From assembly GCA_021789695.1 (NCBI GenBank), contig JAJYJH010000011.1, positions 486-64,485 of the forward strand: a stretch of DNA of 64,000 nucleotides, in the 5' to 3' direction. Every line of letters starts with the position of its first letter. Position 1 is the stretch's first letter. The notes below the pieces were generated by a model that was given only the letters and a program-made list of their open reading frames with translations, ran no database searches and was not told the origin of the DNA. Source of the DNA: a bacterium (lineage in GTDB: Bacteria > Elusimicrobiota > Elusimicrobia > Elusimicrobiales > UBA9959). Of this stretch, positions 38,032-47,560 are shown in pieces. Made by a program: the position numbers and the translations under genes.

Positions 38032-38816
38032 AAGCGCGCGCGCTGACCATAGCCGGCTCGGACCCGGGCGGCGGGGCGGGCATACAGGCGGACCTAAAGA
38101 CCTTCGCGGCCTTCGGCGTGTACGGGCTGTCCGCCGTCACCTCGGTGACGGTTCAGGACACGCTGGGCTTCCGCGGCGCCCTGGCGGTTCCGCCGCCGGT
38201 GGTGGCCGGGCAGATAGAGGCCGCGCTCTCCGACATCGGCGCCGACGCGGTGAAGACCGGCATGCTGGGCTCGGCGGCGGTGATAAAGGCCGCCGCCTCC
38301 GGCTTGAGGAAGAGGCGGGCAGGCAGGCTTGTGGTGGACCCGGTGCTGTGCGCCAAGAACGGCAGTCCGCTGCTGGAGCCGCGGGCCATAAACGCGCTGA
38401 TAAGGGAGTTGCTCCCGCTGGCGCTAGTAGTGACGCCTAACGCTCCGGAAGCGGAACGCCTTGCCGGGGTGGAGGTGAAGAACGCCTCCGGCGCGAGGAG
38501 GGCGGCGCGCGCAATCCGCGCCCTGGGGCCGGCTTTCGTGCTGGTAAAGGGCGGGCACCTGGATGGCACCGGCTGCGAGGACCTGCTCTTCGACGGCAGG
38601 TCCTTCGCCGCGCTGCGCTCTCCGCGCGCGGACACGCGCCACACCCACGGCACCGGCTGCACGCTGTCGGCCGCGATAGCCGCGGGGCTGGCCCTCGGAC
38701 TGGACGTCCCGGCGGCTGTGCGCCGCGCCAAGCGTTACGTCACAGGCGCTATCAGGAACGCCCCCTGCCTGGGAAAGGGCGCGGGGCCGCTGGAGCATTT
38801 CTGGGAGGGAAGATGA
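38028..38816 (+). CDS. thiD: Hydroxymethylpyrimidine / phosphomethylpyrimidine kinase
   Basis: GTG at 38028 overlaps the thiC stop (GTGA) and gives [25 protein letters not shown], a canonical ThiD N-terminus. [14 protein letters not shown] is also present. Confidence 0.88.
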   Translation: MKARALTIAGSDPGGGAGIQADLKTFAAFGVYGLSAVTSVTVQDTLGFRGALAVPPPVVAGQIEAALSDIGADAVKTGMLGSAAVIKAAASGLRKRRAGRLVVDPVLCAKNGSPLLEPRAINALIRELLPLALVVTPNAPEAERLAGVEVKNASGARRAARAIRALGPAFVLVKGGHLDGTGCEDLLFDGRSFAALRSPRADTRHTHGTGCTLSAAIAAGLALGLDVPAAVRRAKRYVTGAIRNAPCLGKGAGPLEHFWEGR

Positions 38817-39013
38817 GGATAAAGCTGAACGGCAGGGATGCCGAGATAAAGGACGGGAGCACCGTGGCCGCGTTGCTGCGCGGTATGAAGACGGACCCGA
38901 AAAGTTCTCTGGTGGAGCTCAATATGAAGGTGCTGCGCCCAGCCGGCTGGAAGGAGACCGCGCTGCAGGACGGCGACGCTGTGGAAGTGTTCTCTTTCGT
39001 CACCGGGGGCTGA
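38813..39013 (+). CDS. thiS: Thiamine biosynthesis sulfur-carrier protein
   Basis: 66 aa ending in GG. ATGA overlap with the thiD stop. Located upstream of thiG. Confidence 0.85.
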   Translation: MRIKLNGRDAEIKDGSTVAALLRGMKTDPKSSLVELNMKVLRPAGWKETALQDGDAVEVFSFVTGG

Positions 39014-39014
39014 G

Positions 39015-39782
39015 ATGGAGGACATATTCAAGATAGCGGGCAAAAAGATACGCAGCCGGTTCATGCTGGGCACCGGCAAGTTTCCCTCCGACGAGAGCAT
39101 GACGGAGGCCATAAAGGCCTCCGGCGCCCACGTGGTGACCGTGGCCCTGCGCCGCGTGGATGCCGGAGCCGGCTCGGGGAACATCCTGTCGCATATCCCG
39201 CCAGGCCGGATCGTGATGCCCAACACCTCCGGCGCGCGCAACGCGGCGGAAGCGGTGCGCATAGCGCGGCTAGCCCGCGAGGCCGGGGCGGGGGACTGGA
39301 TAAAGATAGAGGCCATCCCCGACAACCGCCACCTGCTGCCGGACAACCTCGAGACGATAAAGGCGACAGGGGTCCTGGCGCGCGAAGGCTTCATAGTGAT
39401 GCCGTACTTCAACCCGGACCTGGCGGACGCGCGGCGCCTGCGGGACGCCGGTGCGGCCTCGGTAATGCCGCTGGGCGCGCCTATAGGCACCAACAAGGGC
39501 GTGACCACGCGGGAGCTGATAAAAATACTGGTCTCGGAGCTGGACCTGCCGGTGGTGGTGGACGCCGGCCTGGGCAGGCCGTCCCACGCGGCGGAGGCCA
39601 TGGAACTGGGCGCCGCGGCGGTGCTGGTCAACACCGCCGTGGCCGTCTCCGGTGACCCGGCAGGGATGGCGGAGGCCTTCGCGCTGGCGGTGAAGGCGGG
39701 CCGGAGGGCCTGGCTGGCCGGCGCCGGCGCGGCCAGGGAACTGGCCGAGGCCAGCAGCCCGCTGACCGGCTTCCTGCGATGA
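39015..39782 (+). CDS. thiG: Thiazole synthase
   Basis: The 255-aa product has full-length ThiG character (LGTGKF, PNTSGARNA, VMPLGAPIG). Confidence 0.92.
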   Translation: MEDIFKIAGKKIRSRFMLGTGKFPSDESMTEAIKASGAHVVTVALRRVDAGAGSGNILSHIPPGRIVMPNTSGARNAAEAVRIARLAREAGAGDWIKIEAIPDNRHLLPDNLETIKATGVLAREGFIVMPYFNPDLADARRLRDAGAASVMPLGAPIGTNKGVTTRELIKILVSELDLPVVVDAGLGRPSHAAEAMELGAAAVLVNTAVAVSGDPAGMAEAFALAVKAGRRAWLAGAGAARELAEASSPLTGFLR

Positions 39783-40879
39783 GTTTCTACGAAGTCCTGC
39801 GCGCCCGCGCAGGGCGCGCCGCGGGGCTCATCGCCTCCGCCGCGGAAACAGACGTCCTTCGCGCGCTCTCCGAGGAAAACCCGAACGAGGCCGCCTTCCG
39901 CGCGCTGCTCTCGCCCGCCGCCGTCCCGCGCCTGGAGACGATGGCCCGCCGGGCCGGGGAACTGACGGCCAGGCACTTCGGCCGCACCGTCTCGCTGTAC
40001 GCGCCGCTCTACCTGGGCAATTACTGCGAGAACGAGTGCGTCTACTGCGGCTTCAGGCACTCCGGCGCGATGGAGCGCCGCAAGCTTTCTTACGCGGAAG
40101 TGGAGGAGGAGGGGCGGGCGCTGGCGGACTCCGGCATCAGGCACGCGCTTCTGCTCACCGGCGAGTCGCGCGTACAGACCCCGGTAAAGTACATCGGCGC
40201 CTGCGCCGGGATACTGAAGGAACGCTTCGGCTCCGTTTCCGTTGAGGTCTACCCGCTGGAGGCGGCGGAGTACGCTGAGCTCGTGCGGGCCGGGGCCGAC
40301 GGGCTAACGCTCTACCAGGAGACCTACGACGAGACGCTCTACGCCCGGCTGCACCGCGCCGGGCCCAAACGCGACTTCCGCTACAGACTGGACGCTCCCG
40401 AACGGGCCTGCCGCGGCGGCATGCGCGCGGTCGGTGTGGGGGCGCTGCTGGGCCTGGCGGACTTCAGGCGGGAGGTCTTCTTCGCCGGGCTGCACGCGGA
40501 CTATCTGCAGCGCGCCTATCCGGCGGCGGAGATAAGCGTTTCGCTGCCGCGCTTCCGCCCTCAGGGAGTCGGTTTCGCCCCCGGCGCGCGCGTGAGCAAC
40601 CGCGACCTGGTGCAGGCCATGACGGCCCTGCGCCTGTTCCTGCCGCGGGCCGGAATCACCGTTTCCACGCGCGAACCCGCCGCGCTGCGCCGCAACCTGG
40701 TAGGCCTGGGGGTCACGCGGATGTCGGCCGGATCCCGCACCGGCGTAGGCGGCTACGCCGCGGAGGAGAAGAGCCCGGGCCAGTTCAGCGTGGCCGACTC
40801 CAGCGGAGTGGAGGAAGTGAAAGCCATGATACGGAAGCGCGGTTTCCACCCGGTAATGAAGGACTGGCAGACGTTCTAG
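39779..40879 (+). CDS. thiH: 2-iminoacetate synthase (tyrosine lyase, radical SAM)
   Basis: CENECVYCGF radical-SAM cluster motif, 366 aa, ATGA overlap with thiG. Confidence 0.88.
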   Translation: MSFYEVLRARAGRAAGLIASAAETDVLRALSEENPNEAAFRALLSPAAVPRLETMARRAGELTARHFGRTVSLYAPLYLGNYCENECVYCGFRHSGAMERRKLSYAEVEEEGRALADSGIRHALLLTGESRVQTPVKYIGACAGILKERFGSVSVEVYPLEAAEYAELVRAGADGLTLYQETYDETLYARLHRAGPKRDFRYRLDAPERACRGGMRAVGVGALLGLADFRREVFFAGLHADYLQRAYPAAEISVSLPRFRPQGVGFAPGARVSNRDLVQAMTALRLFLPRAGITVSTREPAALRRNLVGLGVTRMSAGSRTGVGGYAAEEKSPGQFSVADSSGVEEVKAMIRKRGFHPVMKDWQTF

Positions 40880-40887
40880 GAGGGCCT

Positions 40888-41550
40888 ATGAAAGCGAATT
40901 TTAACGGACAGCTCTACTGCCTGACCAGCGAGGAACACTCGCTCGGGCGTTCCGTAGTCGAAACGGCAAAAGCCATACTGGCCGGAGGAGCCAGGATACT
41001 GCAGTACCGCGAGAAGAACAAGGCCAAGCGGCTGAAGTACGGGGAATGCCTGGCCTTGCGACGGCTGACGAAGGAGCGCGGCTGCCTCTTCATCGTCAAC
41101 GACGACGTGGACATAGCGCTGGCTGTCAAGGCCGACGGCGCGCATATCGGCCAGGACGACCTGCCGCTGGCGGCCGCGCGCGCGGTGTTAGGTCCGGCGG
41201 CCGTCATCGGGGTCTCCACGCACTGCCCGGAGCAGGCGCGGGCGGCCGCGAGCGGAGGCGCCGACTATATAGGCGTAGGTCCCATCTACGCCACCAGGAC
41301 AAAGAAAGAGGTCTGCCCGGCGGTTGGATTGGAATATCTGGACTACGCAGTAAAGAACGTGAAGGTCCCCCTCGTCGCGATAGGCGGGATAAAACTGCGC
41401 AACCTGCCGGAGGTGCTGGCCCGCGGCGCCCGCTGTATAGCCATGGTGACCGAACTAACGACCGCCCCCGACATAAAATCCAAAGTAAAAGAAGCTCTTG
41501 CTGAGATAGGAAAAGGGGAGGGAAAAGGCCCAAGGTTCCGGGGGAAATGA
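40888..41550 (+). CDS. thiE: Thiamine-phosphate synthase
   Basis: ILQYREK, FIVNDDVDIALAVKADGAHIGQDD and IGVGPIYAT motifs. Confidence 0.9.
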   Translation: MKANFNGQLYCLTSEEHSLGRSVVETAKAILAGGARILQYREKNKAKRLKYGECLALRRLTKERGCLFIVNDDVDIALAVKADGAHIGQDDLPLAAARAVLGPAAVIGVSTHCPEQARAAASGGADYIGVGPIYATRTKKEVCPAVGLEYLDYAVKNVKVPLVAIGGIKLRNLPEVLARGARCIAMVTELTTAPDIKSKVKEALAEIGKGEGKGPRFRGK

Positions 41551-41569
41551 ACAGGCCCTACGGACAGCG

Positions 41570-42286
41570 TCAGGCCTCGGAGCGGGAGAGGAAGCGGACG
41601 TAGTTGCGCAGCGTCCTGGCGGCCAGCGACAGCGAACCCGCCCTTGGGTAGGCGGGCTTAGCGCTCTCGACCTTCTCTATAACGCAGAGGCCGTTGCCTA
41701 TGCCTTCCAGCAGTATCGGGTCTATCGCGCCGCCGTAGGCCGCCCGCCAGGAACGCACGTAGGCCCTTTCCATGTCGCCCCTGTTGGCATCGTCCAGCAC
41801 CACGTAGCCCCCGGGAGCGACAGCGGAGAAGGCGTCGTAGAACACCGACTCGCGGCCGAAATCGTGATGCGGCGCGTCTATCAGGACCAGGTCGAACGGG
41901 CCTATGGCCTCCAGCAGGCCCTTGGGCAGGGAATAGGACAGCAGAAGGCGGGTGCCGTAGAGGCGCGGCCTCAGCGGGGCCACCCGGAACTCCACTTTAG
42001 CCCTGCATTCCGAGGTCTCGTATTCGTCCCTGGCCAGGGACGAATACTTGGCGGAGTCGTCCACCGAGAACAGGAAGTTCCCCTCCGTCTTCTCTATCTC
42101 TCTGGCCAGCATCAGCGTGGAGAAGCCGGAGCCGAACTCTAAAACGCGCCTGGCCTCCAGCGCGCGGGCGAAGGCGGCGAGAAAACGGCAGGAGGCCGGG
42201 TCCAGGGCCCAGGAACCGGGGTGCTCCAGGCGCGACACGTTGACCTTGTCCATCTCCGCCACCGCTTGAGCTATATATTGGTTCAT
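41570..42286 (-). CDS. Class I SAM-dependent methyltransferase
   Basis: VLEFGSGFSTLMLA (motif I) and LVLIDAPHHDFG. Last gene of the minus-strand glycan cluster. Confidence 0.65.
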   Translation of the reverse strand: MNQYIAQAVAEMDKVNVSRLEHPGSWALDPASCRFLAAFARALEARRVLEFGSGFSTLMLAREIEKTEGNFLFSVDDSAKYSSLARDEYETSECRAKVEFRVAPLRPRLYGTRLLLSYSLPKGLLEAIGPFDLVLIDAPHHDFGRESVFYDAFSAVAPGGYVVLDDANRGDMERAYVRSWRAAYGGAIDPILLEGIGNGLCVIEKVESAKPAYPRAGSLSLAARTLRNYVRFLSRSEA

Positions 42287-42287
42287 C

Positions 42288-42962
42288 TTATAACCATTCC
42301 GTTGAGCGCGGGCCGCAGTTGAGCAGCAGGTCCAGCGCCGACATGTCGGGCTCGAAACCCGGGAAAGCCTGCGGATAAGGGCGCGGCTCGAAATGCTGCC
42401 ACGAGAGCCTTATCCCGGCATAGTTGAACACGTTTGGGTCCAGGTAGTCTTTCGCTCCCGCCCCCGACAGGTATTCGTCGGCGCCGGCCCTGGCGCAGAG
42501 CCTCGCCAGGCGCGCGCCGGAGGACTCCGCCACCGCGTACTCCGAAGAGAACTTGACCGGCGTCCCTATCCCGAAACCGTCTTTTAAAAAGTCCATCGTC
42601 GCTATAGCCAGGTCCGCCAGAAGCCGGTAGTCGCGCAAGTACAGTTCCTCAAGGCCCGGCAGATAGTTCTTAAAGAAAGGCGCCCGCGCGTAGTTGGTCT
42701 TCAGCGCCAGCAGGTGTTCCGCCCGCCAATCCGCGGTATTGTCCAGCTCCACCTCGTTTATCTTCTGCGAGAAGCGGCCCTTGGAGAGCGCCGGCGCGGT
42801 CAGGTATTGCCAGCCGCGCGCGGAGCGTATGCGGTTGCGGTTCTGGAACTCCCTTTTCTCGAACTGGACGTCGTCAAGGTAGATAAAGAGTTCCACCTGA
42901 CGCATCTTGGCGAAGAAGCGCAGGCCCGGCCAGTACTGCAGTTGGTGTATAGCCGCTTTCAT
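42288..42962 (-). CDS. WbqC-family protein (polysaccharide biosynthesis accessory)
   Basis: ATG at 42960-42962 gives MKAAIHQLQYWPGLRFFAKMRQVELFIYLDDVQFEKREFQNRNRI, a typical WbqC N-terminus. ATGA overlap with the upstream stop. Confidence 0.75.
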   Translation of the reverse strand: MKAAIHQLQYWPGLRFFAKMRQVELFIYLDDVQFEKREFQNRNRIRSARGWQYLTAPALSKGRFSQKINEVELDNTADWRAEHLLALKTNYARAPFFKNYLPGLEELYLRDYRLLADLAIATMDFLKDGFGIGTPVKFSSEYAVAESSGARLARLCARAGADEYLSGAGAKDYLDPNVFNYAGIRLSWQHFEPRPYPQAFPGFEPDMSALDLLLNCGPRSTEWL

Positions 42963-43408
42963 TTGCGTGCGGTGACGATCAACGCGGACCCGGCCAGAAC
43001 ACGACCGAAAGAAACCGCCCGAAGCGCCTGCGCCAGCCAATAGTATAGAACTTTAAGGCCGCCGGTTAGAACTCCCCCCAATCGGCCGCCGCTGCGGTAG
43101 GGGTCCCCGGCCGTGGGCGGGGAGTTGCGAAGCCTTATCTCCCTGAACCCCGCTTTTTCAAGCATGACACGCAGGCTGCCAGGCCCAGCCAGCGCGGACC
43201 CGATATAGTCCAGGGCCGAGGCGAAAAGGACCGCCTTGGCGGAAACGCAGACGGCGTCCCACTGCTCCCCGCTATACTCCGGTCCTCCGAAATATTTCCC
43301 GGCCCTGAAGACCAGGCCGCAGGCCCGGCATTTCCGCAGGCCCGGCAGCCAGCCGTAGACGGACGAACCGCAGACCGGGCAGGGCTCAGCGCCGCCGGAG
43401 GACTTCAT
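42959..43408 (-). CDS. Zinc-ribbon protein resembling a methyltransferase that has lost its Rossmann core (possible remnant)
   Basis: CPVCGSS...CRACGLVF zinc ribbon and a later LEKAGFREI segment, as in Zn-ribbon class I methyltransferases. I see no SAM-binding GxGxG segment between them. The start (43408) overlaps the end of the upstream gene by 23 nt. Confidence 0.4.
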   Translation of the reverse strand: MKSSGGAEPCPVCGSSVYGWLPGLRKCRACGLVFRAGKYFGGPEYSGEQWDAVCVSAKAVLFASALDYIGSALAGPGSLRVMLEKAGFREIRLRNSPPTAGDPYRSGGRLGGVLTGGLKVLYYWLAQALRAVSFGRVLAGSALIVTARK

Positions 43409-46400
43409 ACAGGACCTTTTCGGTTCCGGAGGCGTACATCTTCCAAGAGTACCTCTTCTCGACAAAAGACCGGCACCTGGCGCGCAGGGCTTTTTTTTCT
43501 TCCTCCGGCAGCGCGGCGAAATCCATTATGCCGGCCGCTATTGCCGCAGGCCCGTCCCCCTTCAGCAGCAGGGATTTGTCGAAGCCGCCAAGCACCTCCA
43601 AGTTGGCCGCCACCGGCGTGGCCAGCACCGGCGTGCCGCAGGCCAGCGCCTCCAGCGTTACAAGGCCGAATCCTTCCAGCTCCTTGGTCGGCAGCACGAA
43701 GAGGTCCGCGGCCTGGTAATAGAACGGCAGCTCTTCGTCCGGGATAAACCCGGTCAACCTGACGTCGGCTGAAAGCCCGGAGGAACGCACCTGTTCTTCC
43801 AGCTTTCCGCGCAGCGAGCCCCGGCCGCCTATCACGACCTGCAGGTTGGGTACGGCCCCTGCCGCCTCGCCGGCGGCGGCCACCAGGTTTTCCAGCCCCA
43901 TGCGGGGTTCCAGGTTCCTGACGCAGAATACCAGGAACTGGTCGGCGCCAATCCCCAGCCTGCGCCGCGCAGCCCCCCGGTCCGCGGCGGGAGAGAATTT
44001 TACGGTATCCACTCCCAGCGGCAGCACGCGCGAAGAAAGGTCATACGCGTTCTTAAGGCGCCCGGACATGAAACTGCTGGCTACCAGTACGGTCCCGCTC
44101 TTACTCAGCACGCGGCGTTCCGCCAGCTTCCTGGCCAGCACGCCGGGCAGCCGACGCAGCTTTCCCAGGCCTTTCGCCGCGGCCCTTATCGCGTACTCCT
44201 CGGCCCACGGCGAGTGAAAGGCATAGGCGGCTGGGACCCCGCGGAAGTTGAGCTGGGCCAGCAGGCCGGTGTAAGGGTGATGCAGGTACAGCACGTCCAC
44301 TTTGCCGAAGCGCTTTAATATGTCCTTGGCGGCCGCGGCAAAACGCAGGGGATTGCCGCGGTAGCGGTAAACCTCCAGGCCTTCCTGCGCCGCGCGGTCC
44401 TTCGCGCCGGCGGCGCCCTTGGTCACAACTATTACCCGGTGGCCCAGCGCGGCCAGCTCCCTAGACGTCTCCCAGGCTACACGTCCGGAGCCGCCTTCGT
44501 CGTCGCTCTGTATTATGTCGGTGGCGGTGACTATGGTAAGCGACTCTCCGCCGGCGCGTATGCCGTCCCTGGGCGGCGCTGCCGCGCGCTTGCCGTTGAC
44601 GCCCAGCCAGAGTTCGAACATCACGGCGGCGTGTATCTGGTCGTTCAAATTGCGGCGGCCGCTTTCATGTTCGGCAAGAAGTCTGCCGATGAATTCCCGG
44701 GAAAGATATCCTTCCTTGACGAGCTTTCCCGAACTCAGGGTCTCCCTCACGAATCCATTCAGTTCCTCGCCGTACCAGCGGGCCAGCGGCACCTGGAAAC
44801 CGCGCTTAGCGCCGCCGGTTATCTCCGCGGGCAGGCGGTCCGCCATCAGCTTCTTCAGCAGGTGCTTCAGCCGGAAGCCTTTAGTCCGGAGCTGGAGCGG
44901 CGCTCCCGCCATGAACTCGGCCAGGCGCACGTCTAGGAAGGGCACGCGCAGCTCCAGCGAATTGGCCATGGAGGCACGGTCAGCAAGGCACAGCAGATCG
45001 TCGGAGAGATAATTCCTGAGCTCGTAGGGATAGATATCCGCCGGGCCGTCCAGCGCCCCGGGGAACAGCGCGTCGGAAGAAGGCAAGCCGGCCAGGCGCC
45101 CCCCAGCGAACAGCGCGCGCCGCTCCTCCGCGGCCAGGTAGCTGATCCAACGTTCGTAGGCGGCCCTGAAATCCCCGCGCGCCCCGTCGAGGAAACGCTT
45201 CAGCCGCCCCGGTAGGTTTCGCGGGCCCCTCGACTCCGGCAACAGGCGGGAGGCGTCCCCCAGCGCGGCGCGCAGCGCCCGCGGCAGGGCCAGGTAGAAG
45301 GGCAGCAGGCGCGCGCCCAGGTGGCGCGGATAGCCACCGAACAACTCGTCTCCCCCCACGCCGGTCAAGGCCACGGTCACTTTCTTCCTGGCCTCGCGCG
45401 TCACGAGGTAGGTGGGGATGGCCGAGGCGTCGGCGAACGGCTCGTCGAACTGGGCCGCCAGCTTCTCCATGACGGCGCGCGGGTCAGGGGAAACTATCGT
45501 CTCCTCGTGCACAGAGCCGAAGCGCTCCGCCAGCAACCGGGCCGGTCCCGTCTCGCTGAAGGCCGCGTCCCGGCCCGAATACCCAACGGTAAAAGTACGC
45601 GCCGGGCCGGAGCCGGGCCGTGTCATATAGTAGAGCAGCGTGGAGGAATCCATGCCGCCGGACAGCAGCAGGCCCAGCGGCACGTCGGAGACCAGTTGCT
45701 CCTTCACGCTCCTGCCCAACAGGTCATCGACGCCCTCAAGACAGTCCCTTTCCGAAAGGGCAGGAAAGCCGCGCGGCGGCTCCCAGTACCTGGACAACTT
45801 CGTCCTCCCGTCCTTCAGAACGAACGTAAAAGCCGGCTCAAGCTTCTTTATGTCCCTGTACGCGGTCAGCGGCGCGGGTATGTAGAGCCGCGCGAAATAA
45901 GCGTCCAGCGCGGCGGGGTCCAGCCCGCCTGAGATCTCTTCCGCCAAGAGTAGGGATTTTATCTCGGAAGCGAAAAACAGCTTCCCGCCGGCCTGCGCGT
46001 AGAACAGCGGCTTGATGCCGAACTGGTCGCGCGCCAGCATCAGCTTGCGCTCCCCGGAGTCCCACAGCGCGAAGGCGAACATCCCGCGCAGCAGCCTGGG
46101 GAACTCCTCGCCGCGCTCCTCGTAGAGGTGCACCAGCACCTCTGTGTCGGTGTTGGTGCGGAACCTGTGGCCCTTGGCTTCCAACTCCGCCCGCAGCTCC
46201 CTGAAATTATAAATTTCTCCGTTAAAGACCACGGCGACGGAGCGGTCCTCGTTGAAGACGGGCTGCGAGCCCGTGGAGAGGTCTATCACCCTGAGCCGCC
46301 GCATCCCCAGCGCCACGCGGTCCGCCTCGGAGAAAAAGCCGTCCTCGTCAGGTCCGCGGTGCTCCAGCCGCGCGGCCATAGCGCGCAGCAGCGCGTCGTT

Positions 46401-46433
46401 CTTAAGCCCGGCAAAGCCGCAGATCCCGCACAT
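43386..46433 (-). CDS. Fusion: glutamine-hydrolysing asparagine synthase (AsnB family, N-terminal ~625 aa) plus a GT4 glycosyltransferase (C-terminal ~380 aa)
   Basis: MCGICGF Ntn-amidotransferase start, SGGMDSS PP-loop, then a GT4 region with EGFGLVTLEALACGTPVLAT (E-x7-E type). The junction is near 44550. Confidence 0.8.
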   Translation of the reverse strand: MCGICGFAGLKNDALLRAMAARLEHRGPDEDGFFSEADRVALGMRRLRVIDLSTGSQPVFNEDRSVAVVFNGEIYNFRELRAELEAKGHRFRTNTDTEVLVHLYEERGEEFPRLLRGMFAFALWDSGERKLMLARDQFGIKPLFYAQAGGKLFFASEIKSLLLAEEISGGLDPAALDAYFARLYIPAPLTAYRDIKKLEPAFTFVLKDGRTKLSRYWEPPRGFPALSERDCLEGVDDLLGRSVKEQLVSDVPLGLLLSGGMDSSTLLYYMTRPGSGPARTFTVGYSGRDAAFSETGPARLLAERFGSVHEETIVSPDPRAVMEKLAAQFDEPFADASAIPTYLVTREARKKVTVALTGVGGDELFGGYPRHLGARLLPFYLALPRALRAALGDASRLLPESRGPRNLPGRLKRFLDGARGDFRAAYERWISYLAAEERRALFAGGRLAGLPSSDALFPGALDGPADIYPYELRNYLSDDLLCLADRASMANSLELRVPFLDVRLAEFMAGAPLQLRTKGFRLKHLLKKLMADRLPAEITGGAKRGFQVPLARWYGEELNGFVRETLSSGKLVKEGYLSREFIGRLLAEHESGRRNLNDQIHAAVMFELWLGVNGKRAAAPPRDGIRAGGESLTIVTATDIIQSDDEGGSGRVAWETSRELAALGHRVIVVTKGAAGAKDRAAQEGLEVYRYRGNPLRFAAAAKDILKRFGKVDVLYLHHPYTGLLAQLNFRGVPAAYAFHSPWAEEYAIRAAAKGLGKLRRLPGVLARKLAERRVLSKSGTVLVASSFMSGRLKNAYDLSSRVLPLGVDTVKFSPAADRGAARRRLGIGADQFLVFCVRNLEPRMGLENLVAAAGEAAGAVPNLQVVIGGRGSLRGKLEEQVRSSGLSADVRLTGFIPDEELPFYYQAADLFVLPTKELEGFGLVTLEALACGTPVLATPVAANLEVLGGFDKSLLLKGDGPAAIAAGIMDFAALPEEEKKALRARCRSFVEKRYSWKMYASGTEKVLYEVLRRR

Positions 46434-47560
46434 CAGCGCTCTCCTCTGGCCAGCCGCTGATAGAACCGCTCATGGGAGGCAAGATAGGCGGGAAGACCTG
46501 ACTTCCCGGCCGCGGCCCTGGCGCCGCGCCCCAGCCGCAGGGCGAAAGCCCTGTCGCCGATTAACTTCGAAAGGCCCCCGGCGAGAGCCTGCGCGTCGCC
46601 AGGGGTCACGAGCAGCGCGGTGCTGCCGGAGGTCACGGTGCCGCTTATCCCGGGGATATCCGAGGCGACTATCGGCCGCTCCATGGCCATCGCCTCCAGC
46701 AGCGCCAGCGGCTGGCCCTCCAGCAACGAAGGCATGACGAAGATGTCCAGCGCGCCGAGGAAATCCCTGACCTCCGTCACTTCCCCGCAAAAGACGACGT
46801 TGGAGAAGATGCCTTCCTCTTCCGCCAGTTCTTTCAGCCTGGCCTCCAGGCTGCCGGAGCCGGCTATCAGGCAGACCAGCTTCCCGCTCAGCGCCGGCTC
46901 CCGCGCCAGCAACAGCTTAAGAGCGGACAGCAGGAACGGATAGCCCTTCTGCCACTCCAGACGGCCCAGCGCACCCAGCACCAGCTTCCCTTTCAGGCCG
47001 AAACGGTCCATGACGGAGGTCGCGTCGAAGTTCCCGGGGTCGAACATTGAAAGGTCTACGGGGTTCGGGATAAGCTCGACGCCGGGATACCTGCCCTCAA
47101 GCCGCGTCCTCAGTTCTTTCGAGACCGTTATGGCGGCCGCCGTCCTGCGCGCGGCCAGCGCCGCAAGGACGGAATAGGCCCGCTTCCTGAAGAAATTGAC
47201 GTCGAAGCCATCCACGGGCATGGCCACGGTGGCCGCGGCCTTCGCGCCGGTCTTCGAGGCCGCCAGGGCCGAGTAGAAGTCCGCGCGGGCGCCCTGGCTA
47301 TGGACGATGTCTATGCCGTTGTCGGCAATCAGGCGCCTGAGCAGCGGGATATTCCCCGGCCTGAAGCGCCGCGTCAGGTCCAGCGGCAGGAAGCGGCAGC
47401 GGTCCTTCGTCTCCTCGTAGAACCTCCCGGACGGGAGCGAGGCGCAGTAGAGGCCGAACCTCTCCGGCGGCAGGCCGCGTATCAGCATGGAGAAAGTCCT
47501 CTCCCCGCCCCCGTAGCAGGAATTCTCTATAACTAAAAGTATCTTCAACTTGCGGTCCAT
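46433..47560 (-). CDS. GT4 family glycosyltransferase
   Basis: An internal ATG at 47558-47560 gives MDRKLKILLVIENSCYGGGERTF. C-terminal motif LEGQPLALLEAMAMERPIVASD. Confidence 0.8.
   Translation of the reverse strand: MDRKLKILLVIENSCYGGGERTFSMLIRGLPPERFGLYCASLPSGRFYEETKDRCRFLPLDLTRRFRPGNIPLLRRLIADNGIDIVHSQGARADFYSALAASKTGAKAAATVAMPVDGFDVNFFRKRAYSVLAALAARRTAAAITVSKELRTRLEGRYPGVELIPNPVDLSMFDPGNFDATSVMDRFGLKGKLVLGALGRLEWQKGYPFLLSALKLLLAREPALSGKLVCLIAGSGSLEARLKELAEEEGIFSNVVFCGEVTEVRDFLGALDIFVMPSLLEGQPLALLEAMAMERPIVASDIPGISGTVTSGSTALLVTPGDAQALAGGLSKLIGDRAFALRLGRGARAAAGKSGLPAYLASHERFYQRLARGER

Noticed and set aside
38735-40144. 469-aa minus-strand ORF
   Set aside because: It is antisense to thiD, thiS, thiG and thiH together. 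A real gene would not span four well-supported genes and their junctions.
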